Assembly: GCA_963733675.1 (NCBI GenBank)
Contig: CAVTET010000001.1
Location: forward strand, 768,001-832,000
Direction: 5' to 3'
Source: an uncultured Methanosarcinaceae archaeon
GTDB lineage: Archaea; Halobacteriota; Methanosarcinia; Methanosarcinales; Methanosarcinaceae
DNA length: 64,000 nucleotides
Shown: positions 10,658-21,166 of the stretch, piece by piece
How positions within the stretch are numbered: the stretch's first letter is position 1
How the letters are laid out: every line of letters begins with the position of its first letter
Made by a program: the position numbers and the translations under genes
Notes under the pieces: generated by a model
What the model was told of the DNA's origin: nothing
The model's database searches: none
What the model saw: only the letters and a program-made list of their open reading frames with translations

Positions 10658-10996
10658 ATTTGTATACACTTCAAACTTGTTTTCATTTTATAATATTTTT
10701 AAGATACTTGATGCCTTAATTTACTTTCAACTGGAGAATCACTGGTAAACGTTATTAAACAACTGGGTAATCCAAGGTCATTAATTAAAAGAAAATGATC
10801 CTATATTAATACTGTCACTCAATCATTTGCAAACTTGAACAATTACATATTCAACTATTAGATTATATTTGGGTAATACATTATAACATGTGGTGAATAA
10901 TAACTCCGAAACTAATAGTAAATTGAAATAATGAAAGGATAAAGAGCCAATCATATTTTACAGAAATTTAGTTAGAATAGCTACAAGTCTAGTTTA

Positions 10997-11150
10997 TTTA
11001 ATTTGTTTAGATAAAGTTCCTTTATTGTACCAAACTTTTGAATTCTGCGGGTTAATTTCAATTGCTTTGCCATAAGCTTTTATTGATTCATAATGCTTGT
11101 TTAAATAATCAAGAGCAACTCCTTTATTAAACCAAGGATCTGAATCCTGC
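10997..11150 (-). pseudogene. Tetratricopeptide-repeat protein fragment
   Basis: Translates to QDSDPWFNKGVALDYLNKHYESIKAYGKAIEINPQNSKVWYNKG, a typical Methanosarcina TPR unit. No start codon. Confidence 0.75.
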
Positions 11151-11329
11151 GATGCTAACTAGGATCAAAAAAGATCCAAAAAACGTTGAAAAATAATATT
11201 TACTTAGAACTATTTGGAATATTTTTGCATTTCTATTTAGAATATATAAAAAAATACAATAAATTAAATCTATTATATTTAATAGGTTTTCAGCATCTTC
11301 AAGTGGACCTTCTATCAAGCTTAAGGCAT

Positions 11330-11395
11330 CTCTTCACCTACAGATAACAAGATCAACTTTTTGACATTTCAGATCAGCCTGGTCACCTAAGCTAG
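11330..11395 (-). repeat. ~65-bp dispersed repeat, second copy at 50728-50797
   Basis: Minus strand TAGCTTAGGTGACCAGGCTGATCTGAAATGTCAAAAAGTTGATCTTGTTATCTGTAGG versus plus strand TAGCCTGGGCGACCAGACTGATCTAAAATGTCAAAAAAGTTGATCTTGTTAGCTGCAGG. Confidence 0.75.
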
Positions 11396-12072
11396 TAAAA
11401 AGAAGAAAATTCTAGTACCTTGTTTTATTGGGGGTATTAAATGAAAGACGGAAAAAATATATGTGGATATCCCAAATAAAGTTCTAAGCCGAAATCCGAC
11501 TATAGACACCATAACAGTGGATGTTTACGACGTTTATTGGTAAGGAATTAATCGAAAGAGTAATGCCGGTAAATTCAGTCTGCAGCCTGGTAACGATTCC
11601 TACAACATATAGAGATCCATTAAAGTCACTCTGGAATATGAAATAAGTAGGGATGGTTTTCGGGAAAGTTTTTATTCCCTCAACCAGCTACTATGTATTT
11701 ATTTCACTGAGTAAAACATATAATTATTTTTTCCTATTTTCGGAGTATTTTTTTTATGCAGTTTATTTTTCAGCAAGTTCTCTTCTGCATCTCTTTCATT
11801 CTCTTAAATTTTTGAGATTTGATCTATGTGTTATAATTATTATACAATAATATTTAACAATTATTTAGTTTAAGTTGTATAAAAATTTAACAATTTAGAT
11901 AAAAATAAATACCCTTTGACCGAGAACAAAGACAGTCTTTAGATCTCCGAATATAAACTAAATCAGATCCAGATATCCTCTTCCACATTATCAAATAATA
12001 ATTTGAGCGGATCAGAACGAATAACTCTCTATCTTCTCATCAGCAATGAAAAACAGAAATATTCACCAGCAG

Positions 12073-12207
12073 TCATTTTCTCTTCATTTCCTTTGCAAGC
12101 TTCTTTTTTGCATCTTTGTTGCCTGAAGAAGCCATTTTTTCCAGCTCTTCCATTTTTTCTTTCTTAGCGCTCTTTTTCTTATCCATATCTTTTTTCGACA
12201 TTGCCAT
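12073..12207 (-). CDS. Small lysine-rich protein (44 aa)
   Basis: MAMSKKDMDKKKSAKKEKMEELEKMASSGNKDAKKKLAKEMKRK*, with a GAAGGT RBS-like motif upstream. Below the ORF-track cutoff. Confidence 0.7.
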   Translation of the reverse strand: MAMSKKDMDKKKSAKKEKMEELEKMASSGNKDAKKKLAKEMKRK

Positions 12208-12666
12208 AGTGCATACCTTCATATATCTTAGTAAGTGCAATATCTAGCAGGCAATATTACAGTAAGGTACCTAAGTAAATAAAGTGCCTCAATAGATATT
12301 GGCTTAGTCAATCATTTCAGTTTCAAAAGTATTTATTAGTTTCCCACGAAAGAAAAATGTTTAGCTCATTGTTAGTTTCTATGAAAAAATAAATCATCTA
12401 GATTATCGAGATGTAATCAAAAAAGAGCAAGATTTTTTGATTTTCGGAAATCATAGCTGGCAGCCAGAAGGAGATCCCATCATTTAGGGTCAGATGGATG
12501 CATACAATTTTATTTAATATTTGAGGCAAAAAATTCGGAAAATTAAAACTTCTTCTTTAGTTTTTTTTCACTTATTGCTGCTGTACTTTCGGTGTATTCT
12601 TAAGTAGCTCAAAACAATGTAATGATCTGGAAATATGACTTCCCAATAAAACAGAGATAAAATTGT

Positions 12667-12756
12667 AAAGGATTTCGATAAACCCCATATTTCGTGATAT
12701 CCATATAAATGGCGCATATACAACTCGTGAAAATTAAAAATGCATCGAAATCCTCA
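12667..12756 (+). mobile_element. ~90-bp MITE (IS5-type TIRs); a partial inverted copy follows to 12825
   Basis: AGGATTTCGATAAACCCC...ATCGAAATCCTC ends and internal ATAAATGG/ACTCGTGAAAAT blocks shared with the other copies. Confidence 0.75.
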
Positions 12757-12886
12757 TAATTTCAAAGCATCATTTATGACTACTATACGCATATGATGAA
12801 ATTTGGGGATTAATCAAAATCCTCTTTTAGTATTGTAACGAGTTTAAAGCCATGAAGAATATCTAATAACTAAATCAAAATTTTAA

Positions 12887-12961
12887 TGGGGCCGTTGAGA
12901 TTCGAACTCAAGTCGCAAGACCCCCAGTCTTGCAGGATGGACCAAGCTACCCTACGGCCCC
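12887..12961 (-). tRNA. tRNA-Pro (GGG)
   Basis: GGGGCCGTAGGGTAGCTTGGTCCATCCTGCAAGACTGGGGGTCTTGCGACTTGAGTTCGAATCTCAACGGCCCCA folds as a cloverleaf with anticodon GGG. Confidence 0.97.
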
Positions 12962-13419
12962 GCAGTGAAGACTATGTGTTTTGGTGGAAATTTTCTTCTT
13001 TATCTGATACCTTCAATAGTGTAATAAAATATATAGTATAAATGTATATCGGTAAGAGGAAGCCAGATTTCCCCTGAAAAGATTTCGCTTTGAATATGTT
13101 AGGTGAATCTATTTTAAAGATCAACGGTCGAAGATCAGATAGAGCATTGCTCAGAATACGAATTGAGACGAGATCTAACATAGATTAATCTAGGGATCTC
13201 ATTTCGCCAAATTCAACTGATCTTTTGGAAAGAACAATTGGCGCTGATCAGGAATCTCTCATGGACGCGAATATTGGTAAGCTAAAAAACAATTATTTAT
13301 GACTGAATAAAGCTAATTGGATAAACTTATCGCTACCATAATTTTGGAGCATGTTAACTTGAGCAGGCCATAGAAGCTAAGTATAGAGTACTCCAATTCA
13401 TCTATAATTTTTTCTCAAA

Positions 13420-14122
13420 GGAATCTTGTCCAAAATTTTCCCCGCCAATTTCTGTATTTACCCCGACTTTTTTCTAGATCATTATTCTTTGATTTTAAAG
13501 GTAGTTTCCACCATCCTTAAAATAATCTTTTTATTTTCAATATCATCAACTGATAGAGATTAAAATAAAGAGTTGTATATATCATTTTTGGATTCACTCT
13601 TTGAACAGTAGTGAAAAGGACTTTTCCTTCTTTGAATATCTATTTAGTTGCGCAGATACTCGTTCCTCTGGAGCGCTTCTTGAGCTGATTCTCTTTTTCT
13701 TTAACATGTATATATTCCAAAGGATATTCTTTTACTGCTCTTTTCATTGTCGCATCAAACCTTTTGATTTTATTCCAAAGTATTCTCTGTATATAAAACC
13801 AGTTCATTTTTTTCAGAAAAATATACTTTGGAATCAGGAAGTTAGAAGATTGTTGTTTTTACTCTTCTGATCAGTTCATAATCCCTTTCTATTATGATAT
13901 GAAATTTATATCAAAATTGTTAAGATATATAGATTCAAAAATGATAAGAAAAAATTTCCAATCAATTAAGAAATGAATTTCAGCAAGTTATTATCCAATT
14001 GACTGAAGATGTTTATATTCTTCTTTAAGAACCAAATAAGTAGGAGTTTTCATGAGCAAAAATTAATGTTAAATGATTTAAACTCTTCAATGCTCAATGC
14101 ATAGAAGTTTATAAAAATTCTA
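13420..14122 (-). mobile_element. Decayed, internally deleted IS5-group remnant
   Basis: Homologous to both ends of the 36683-37837 copy. TIR-like AGAAGTTTATAAAAATTC at ~14103-14120. Confidence 0.75.
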
Positions 14123-14508
14123 CGGAGAATCGCTCTCATGACTTCGAGTTTTACTTGCTTATGGAATCTAATCGATGTGATTTTGCCTCAAAGCTTTCCT
14201 GCGGACAACGAGAAGCTGCAGATATCTGCTTACTGTATGAATGCTATCGGAGTTCACAGATCTTCTGAATAAGTTTGACTCATTTATATACAATTCTTTT
14301 CTGGGAATGAGTGATTTTGGGACAATTTCTATAAATTGAAGCTGGGCAGATGATTTCATAGGCTGCGAAATTGAATGCTTTTTCACGGATTCTTTATTTA
14401 GGGCATTGGGCTTAACGAGCTTGAATGCTAGGATATCTATACTTCGTTATTATTTCACCTCTTTAAGAAATCAGCGTTATAATTCTTGCTGAATAATAAG
14501 AGTGAATC

Positions 14509-15633
14509 TTATTCTTTTTTTTGCTCTTCACTTTCGGTTTTTTTTTCTATTCTCAAAGTTGTCATTCTTACAACTCCGGGACTTGAGGGAGGGGTATTTT
14601 TCTCACACTCTGCCCCAAGTTCGCACTCCACTACAATCCCACGGAGTAAGCGACCCAGAATATCAGAACCAGTTATAATCCTTTTCTCCTGACCCCAGTA
14701 GAGAATAAGGTCCTGGTCGATTACGTCATCTTCTGGGTATTGCGGAAACACCTTAAATTGCCGGATTACTCTTTCAAGCCTTGTCTTCGGAGATGTCACA
14801 ATAACTGGGGAATGGCAATAGGAAAGAGGGGTGAATGGACCTTTCTTGTAAACCGCATCACGAAGGAAATGGTCCGCATCAAGAACCATGACAGGTTCGC
14901 CAGTGGGACTGGTGATTATCACCCATTTCTTCCCAGAAGCTTCTATTTTCTGCAAAAAGGGATCAGATGGTTCCATGTTGAATGGAGGAAAAACTGGCCG
15001 ACTATTTTTGACAGGAAGAGATATTATGCTTCTTGGGTCTATTATCGAGCCTTCATCTGAAATACTAACGTCATCTATGGAAAGAAAGTTCAAGGCTCCT
15101 CTCCCTTCAAAGGCACTAATATCGGATTTTCCTGATTCTATATGCTTTTCGAGCATAATTCTCACAGCATGTTCCTTGAAGAGTTCAAGTTTTTCTTTCC
15201 CAAGCCACCAGTCAAGGATAAGAGCTGTTGGTTTGGCTACAGGATAGAGAATAAACTGATAGAAATAAATGAGAGGGGTTAGTTTTGCCCCAAGTGAGAG
15301 GGCATTTCGGGAAAAATAAGCTTGGGGTGCAATTTCTGCGAAACATGTGATCCCAAAGGTCGAAAAGAGGAAAGCTGATGCTCCTGTCATTACAGAGTCT
15401 GTAAGCAGGGTAATCAGGACATTTATGCCTATATTTCCCCAGAGCAATGTGGTAAGCAAAAAATTTGAATCCTTTCGGATCTGTAGGATTTTTATAGCTT
15501 CTTTATTGTTTGCCTCGGCCTCGATTTCGAGCTTAAGTCTACCAAGGCCAAAAATTCCAATAGTCAGCCCGGCAAAAATGGCGGACTGAATCAGGCAGAG
15601 TATTATTAATATCCAAGTAATTATTTCATTCAT
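14509..15633 (-). CDS. CNNM/DUF21 domain membrane protein (CorB-like metal transporter)
   Basis: N-terminal SAIFAGLTIG...NFLLTTLLWGN...FAEIAPQA...YPVAKPTALILD DUF21 pattern, followed by a CBS-like region. Confidence 0.85.
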   Translation of the reverse strand: MNEIITWILIILCLIQSAIFAGLTIGIFGLGRLKLEIEAEANNKEAIKILQIRKDSNFLLTTLLWGNIGINVLITLLTDSVMTGASAFLFSTFGITCFAEIAPQAYFSRNALSLGAKLTPLIYFYQFILYPVAKPTALILDWWLGKEKLELFKEHAVRIMLEKHIESGKSDISAFEGRGALNFLSIDDVSISDEGSIIDPRSIISLPVKNSRPVFPPFNMEPSDPFLQKIEASGKKWVIITSPTGEPVMVLDADHFLRDAVYKKGPFTPLSYCHSPVIVTSPKTRLERVIRQFKVFPQYPEDDVIDQDLILYWGQEKRIITGSDILGRLLRGIVVECELGAECEKNTPPSSPGVVRMTTLRIEKKTESEEQKKE

Positions 15634-16278
15634 TATGAGTCTATAACCTCTATAATATTCATCTAAGCTTCATCAAATGCCTTAGCCTAGTCGATCACTC
15701 TTTTGTATTTAAGATAAATATGATCTAAGAGCCTTGATTTTAGTAAATTTAATCTTATATTTCACTACTATTTAAATAATTAACTTTTTGTAAATTTTCT
15801 GCATTTTTAAAGACCCTATTGGCAAGTTTCAATATATCTTTAATTTAAGTTTTAATACCCTATTCCTTCTTGTTATGAGTAAATAGAGTCGTAATTAATT
15901 GTTTATCATATAAATAATTTCATTTCAAAATCAAAGTTATGGTATTAAATACAGGTACATGCGACTGGTGTGACACCATAACTTTGATGTTATGGTTATG
16001 TCATTTGGTTACTTTATCCGTAAGCTCAAACATGGCAATGTATTGTTATTCTTAAATATTATTAAAATATTTACCTAATTATGGTAAGACAAAATCTATA
16101 AAATACATACTTTAGTAAATTATAAAACAGATTTAATATATAATTTAACACTGGATTATTTTCTATAAAATCATCAATATACACAAACAAGTTCTTAAAT
16201 AGAAAAATATCGTATCTCAAGAACCAATTTCATGAGGTGAGCAAAAATTTGATTTGAATTCACAGTAAATTCGCACCA

Positions 16279-17646
16279 CTATCCAGTTATAAGATAGTAA
16301 AAGACCACTGATATTCCTGCACCTGCAAAAGTTGCCAGAAAATTGACTCCGCTGTTTGAAAGCATCCCATTTTTTTGAAGCGTAGCTCCAAGGAGGCTGT
16401 CCACATTAGTACCAAAAAAACCACCGACAGTTGCAATCCCGACTGAAAGTAAAAGGTTATCAGACACCCCTAAGACGTAGGCAAGCAGTCCTATCATCGC
16501 AGAGGCAAAAATTGAAGAAATTTCGCCAAGTAAGGAAACAGCTCCATCAGTTCCAGGTTTTGCAAACTTAAGAGTTGTAATCATCCTTGGTCTTTCTTTT
16601 GATGTTGTCCCAATTTCACTTGCTAGGGTATCACCGGTAGCAGTTGCAATCGTGCCCAGATATGCATAAACGATCGGAAGACTATGTTCCGGAAAAATTC
16701 CAGATGCTATTGCCAGGATTAGGGCTGCAGTGCTGTTTGAAAATACATTTTCATAACTGCGGATTCCTTCCTTAGTCTGTGCAATTCCTATGGATTTTTT
16801 GTATTTATACTTATATCTGGTAAATCCTCCTCCCAGAATAAAAAAAATTAACAGAAGCAGGAACCAGGAAAGATCGGTGAAGACAATTATTAAGGCTCCA
16901 AGTAGGGCAGCACTTAGAAGAGCCGAAATGTCGGCAATTTTCGCCCTGTAGGCAAGTACGCCAAGGAAAAAAGAGAAGGTGACAGCTATTAGCATTTTTT
17001 CCGGAGGGACCCAGTATCTAAACTCTTCAAAGATCCACATAGTCATCCCTACACCCAATGGTACCGATATATTTCTTTCTATTCTGGATGGAATCGACTC
17101 GAAAAGAGAGCCTGTGACTGCTCCTATTACGGCTATGAAGAATACCATATTATATGAAACCGAAATCTTCTCCCAGTAAACGATCCAGCCCGCCGCAAGA
17201 AATGCCGCAACAATACGAATCCCCAGGACAGCCGAACTCAAGAATATTGAGAAATTTCTCTTTTTAATCCTGCTACATTTTGGCTTAAAATCAGAATCAT
17301 ACTCTTTTTCCACAAAAGAATAATTATGGTTTCCGATTGCTGCAACTGCAAACGCGGCAAATACGATATATAACGGATACGTGTATGAAGAATTCCCTGA
17401 AATAAAGGATACAAATAGCATCAAAGATAGGGAAAAACAGAGACTAATGACTTCCCTGTAGTTGTTAATATAATTTCCTGAAAACCTGATAGCTAGGAAA
17501 AGTATGATTGACAGAAGAAAAACAAGATTAGTCCCCGCAAAAGGGGCTATTAGAACGAGTAGAAGATATAGTGTGGGGATTACAGGAATTCCATGGTAGA
17601 AATCCTCTTTTTTGAAAGTCATGGTAGCTTTGTTCATATAAGACAT
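16279..17646 (-). CDS. TIGR00297/DUF92 (TMEM19-like) membrane protein with an N-terminal polyprenol-kinase-like membrane region
   Basis: R.YENVFSN, ATATGDTLASEIG, GTDGAVSLLG, DSLLGATLQ and NSGVNFLAT motifs. The ORF-track start at 17958 is probably too far upstream. Confidence 0.85.
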   Translation of the reverse strand: MSYMNKATMTFKKEDFYHGIPVIPTLYLLLVLIAPFAGTNLVFLLSIILFLAIRFSGNYINNYREVISLCFSLSLMLFVSFISGNSSYTYPLYIVFAAFAVAAIGNHNYSFVEKEYDSDFKPKCSRIKKRNFSIFLSSAVLGIRIVAAFLAAGWIVYWEKISVSYNMVFFIAVIGAVTGSLFESIPSRIERNISVPLGVGMTMWIFEEFRYWVPPEKMLIAVTFSFFLGVLAYRAKIADISALLSAALLGALIIVFTDLSWFLLLLIFFILGGGFTRYKYKYKKSIGIAQTKEGIRSYENVFSNSTAALILAIASGIFPEHSLPIVYAYLGTIATATGDTLASEIGTTSKERPRMITTLKFAKPGTDGAVSLLGEISSIFASAMIGLLAYVLGVSDNLLLSVGIATVGGFFGTNVDSLLGATLQKNGMLSNSGVNFLATFAGAGISVVFYYLITG

Positions 17647-18544
17647 CTTTTGCTTTTTTATACTTTCCAGGGAAACTAAACCGAATGGATTTTTCTTTGT
17701 AGAATAAATAGTTGTTTTTCTTTCACGTTTTATCCAGAAATACTTTCGCTTCGAAAGTTGTTTCATCTTATTTATATTTTCACAATTTAAATAACTCCAT
17801 GTGTTATATATTAGTAGGCTCAGCATACCGCTTAGTCTATGAATCATAAAACTTTTTAGTATCTTCTGGCTGCCAAAATTTATTATTAACTCCACTAGAA
17901 ATTTATTATAATCAATTCTATAACTTAACAGCAACAGGCCCAAAAAATAGTTACACACAAACTTTTTCGATATTATACTAATTTGATTTATATTTTCGTT
18001 GGCTTATGTATTAAATTGTTGCCAATTTGGAATTTTTTGTTTTACTCCCAAACCAAAAAAATCATGTTTCTGATTTTTTTCTTCTATTTTTCAGAACTTG
18101 TCAGCAAGATCTTTTCTCTTTTATTCATCCATTATCCGTTATATTTGTGACTCAGTATTGCAGTTCTTCGTTTTTCTAACCATCTAAAATAATCTAAATC
18201 AATATGCCTACAGATGGACCCCGATTTCTTTGTTAGAGATTTCAACTTTTTTGAGTGGTATATTTCTCGTATCATCAGCATTCATCAAACCATTTATTAA
18301 GAAATTAAAGCCAATTTATCCACTTTTGTGCTTACCTAAATAAGGACAAATTGAGATATTCATACTAATTTTCAACAGCAAGAACCATCCAGATAGGAAA
18401 GCATATGAAAGCATATATTAGTGTTAGGAGTGATGTAATATGTTATTATTTTGGTTTACATTTTGGTTGGTCTAACGTAACTAAGAACATCAATCTTGAT
18501 TTATTTTTTAAAGTAATTATGTAATAATATCAAAGAGGGGAACT

Positions 18545-19216
18545 ATGAAAATAGTTGGTATACAGTCAAGCCCACGGGGCAAACAGAGTAATACTTTAAA
18601 ATTGCTGGATGCAGCCCTGAACGGAGCTTTAGAAGTCGGAGCTGAAGTCGAAGCTATCGACGTTACGAAGCTAAATATTAAATATTGTACTGCCTGCGAT
18701 TCCTGCCATGAGACAGGGGTATGCTCAATAAAAGATGATTTCAATATCGTGCTGGAAAAGTTATTGGCTGCAGATGGTCTAATATGGAGCAGCCCTAATT
18801 ACATAAAAAATGTGACAGCCCAGCTCAAGACACTGTTCGATAGAAGTCCACTTATCGTTCATGAACAGCTCTTTGATGGAAAATATGGTTTTTCCTTGAC
18901 AACTGCAGGTAGTGGGGAAGTGGATTTTGTCCTTGACACTATGAACAACTATATGATAAATTGCGGGGGCATCATCATAGGAGGAGTGGGCTGCACAATA
19001 GCGCAGGGTCCTTCAGCATTGTTAGGAGCCATTGAAAAATCGCAAGAAATGGGCAAAGATCTTGTTGAAGCAATCAAAAAGAAAAGGCAATACTCTGAGC
19101 AGGAAGATGCACATAAAGCATGGAGAGAAAGGTTCAAGTATGTCCTCATTGCCAATAAAGACCATTGGACGCATAACTGCGATTATTGGGCTGAAAAAGG
19201 CTGGATCCAAGAATAG
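18545..19216 (+). CDS. Iron-sulfur flavoprotein (Isf-like flavodoxin family)
   Basis: SSPR..SNT motif, CTACDSCHETGVC 4Fe-4S motif and SSPNY...QLKTLFDR. GAGGGG RBS. Confidence 0.92.
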   Translation: MKIVGIQSSPRGKQSNTLKLLDAALNGALEVGAEVEAIDVTKLNIKYCTACDSCHETGVCSIKDDFNIVLEKLLAADGLIWSSPNYIKNVTAQLKTLFDRSPLIVHEQLFDGKYGFSLTTAGSGEVDFVLDTMNNYMINCGGIIIGGVGCTIAQGPSALLGAIEKSQEMGKDLVEAIKKKRQYSEQEDAHKAWRERFKYVLIANKDHWTHNCDYWAEKGWIQE

Positions 19217-19977
19217 CTTATTGAGAAAGTGATTGCATAGCATCAACAGATTCACTAAACGTTATAAATTTTGGAAAAAATATCGAATATTGTGGGTTGA
19301 AATTCCGTTCACTACTCAGAATTCAGGGATGGCAGCCAATTGAGCTGTCGCAGAAATAAACTGGAATCCAAGATCAAGTGTAGTTTCTTTTAGTCACATG
19401 TTCTCCAGACAGTACGCAAAAGACTGCTGTTCTACCAGGGTAAATCTTTCTTTTCGTCTATTAAGAAGAAGTGGGGAGCTAGGCAAACATCCGAAAACCG
19501 TCTATATTTTCTTGAACATCGTAAGCTGTTTTACAAACAGCTGACACGTTAGATGAGCTGTGAATCATTCTCCATAGCACTTTCAAGCTGGGAATTTATT
19601 GTCGGGCCATCTTCGAAGTTAAGGAGGATGTAGTTATCATACATTTAGATCCCTTTTCGTGACGAAAAATCTACGGAAACTTAAAATTTCTGTGTTATTA
19701 CGAGCATCTCACCAAAAAAGGAACATAAAGACCTACATTTTCAATCCTTCAACATTGGTCGAAAAGTTTGCAATTTTAAGATTTCATCTCTATGTAAATT
19801 TAAGGCAGAGACATTGAAGAACGTTATTTCAAAAACATAACTCAGAGGATTTCTATATAGCCATTTTTTTTCCCGTCTTTTCTTGTCATAGAATTTTGAG
19901 TGACTTAAGCGTGAAGATTTATTTTCGAAACTGTTACTTCTTCTAAAAAGTGTAATTTATCCGTGTGTTCGCTATAG

Positions 19978-20576
19978 TTACTTTAAATTGTTATTTCTCA
20001 ACAGGTCTGTTGCTTTAATAAGCAAGTTTTCAGAGCCTTTGTCACTGATCTTCTTAGCTGGAACACCAGCTATACTTATATTTTTCTCGTGGAATGACTT
20101 ATTCACGACAGAATTGGCACCTATGGCTATTCCATCGGCAATTACAACATCTCCAAAAATTTTTACACCAGGCCCGATGTAAACATTTTCCCCAATTTTA
20201 GGGGCGACATCGATGTATTTTCCTGCTTTTATACCAATACTAGTACAAACATGTATTCTACAATTTGCTCCAATTCTAGCATATCGACTGACGACAATAG
20301 TGCCTCTATGACCAATAGATAACCCAGGCCCAAAAACATTAGGAGGGATGCTAAATCCAAGAAGAACGCTCAAAACAAAAAATTTGAAATATGTATATAT
20401 ATAAATTATTTTGTAAATCTTCGATTGCTTACAATTATGATAATATTCAACTTTTCTTAATAATTTTTCAAAAGTCCAAATTTCATCTATAACAATTCCG
20501 ATTTTTTTTTTTTTCGGCCTAATGCAATTCTATCAGCCTCTAGATAATATTTATAATCATCTTTTGATTTTATCAT
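19978..20576 (-). pseudogene. Serine-acetyltransferase-like (hexapeptide) polysaccharide acetyltransferase, frameshifted in an A13 tract
   Basis: ATG at 20576 (MIKSKDDYKYYLEADRIALGR) goes out of frame at A13 (20502-20514). The downstream frame IGIVIDEIWTFEKLLRKVEYYHN...LGFSIPPNVFGPGLSIGH...GVPAKKI is continuous with ORF 19978..20373. Confidence 0.85.
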
Positions 20577-20619
20577 AGTATCTCTCAAATTGTTTTTTCC
20601 AATTATCTCCCGACTTCAT

Positions 20620-20790
20620 TAATTCCCTGGAAAATTCTCTGCTTATGTAATAATTTCTTGTTATTTAGTCTTCATTTCTATTAATGAGTATTGAGAATGC
20701 TGGTCTAAATACTGATTCTTTCTACGAATGCTCCAATACCTTGTTTTTTTAGCTCCTTGAAGTCTTTTTCATCATATTTTCTGTTCTTAT
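20620..20790 (-). mobile_element. IS5-group 3'-end remnant
   Basis: Similar to the 3' end of the 36683-37837 copy. Confidence 0.5.
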
Positions 20791-21009
20791 TGCAGTCGAA
20801 TACCCTTAGCTTGCTGCGTGGATGGACCTTCCCAAGGCAAATAAAGAACTGAAAATAGAGCTCGAGTATAATTAGAAGAAATAAAAATGGCTAGTAAATT
20901 TACTCCGACTGAAAAAGAAGAATCGATATTCGATACGTGACATCGCCACGGTTTTTTAGTAGGTTAGGACTTTAGATGTCAGTCCAAGATTTTAGGTGTG
21001 AAAGAACTT

Positions 21010-21093
21010 AAGGTACAAGCCCTGTTTATCAAAAGTCATTTATATACCATTTATAAGCATATGACAAGATTTAGAGGTTTATCGAGATCTCCT
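21010..21093 (-). mobile_element. ~90-bp MITE copy (one TIR decayed)
   Basis: CATTTATATACCATTTATAAGCATATGAC...AGAGGTTTATCGAGATCTC matches the MITE family. Confidence 0.6.
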
Positions 21094-21166
21094 ATAAAAT
21101 CAGTTATCTCGAGCAAAGCGAAAAGAGCAGCATATGGCAAAGTTACTAATGGTACAACTTTGATAA

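Noticed and set aside
14140-14460. RBS-preceded decayed reading frame (similar ones at 11441-11620, 19330-19645 and 49380-49580)
   Set aside because: Probably pseudogene debris, but no family could be recognised.
17647-17958. Long N-terminal extensions in the ORF track (DUF92; also cgi121, COG4800, nadE, phoU)
   Set aside because: They run through AT-rich promoter or IS DNA. Downstream starts fit the RBS and family N-termini better.
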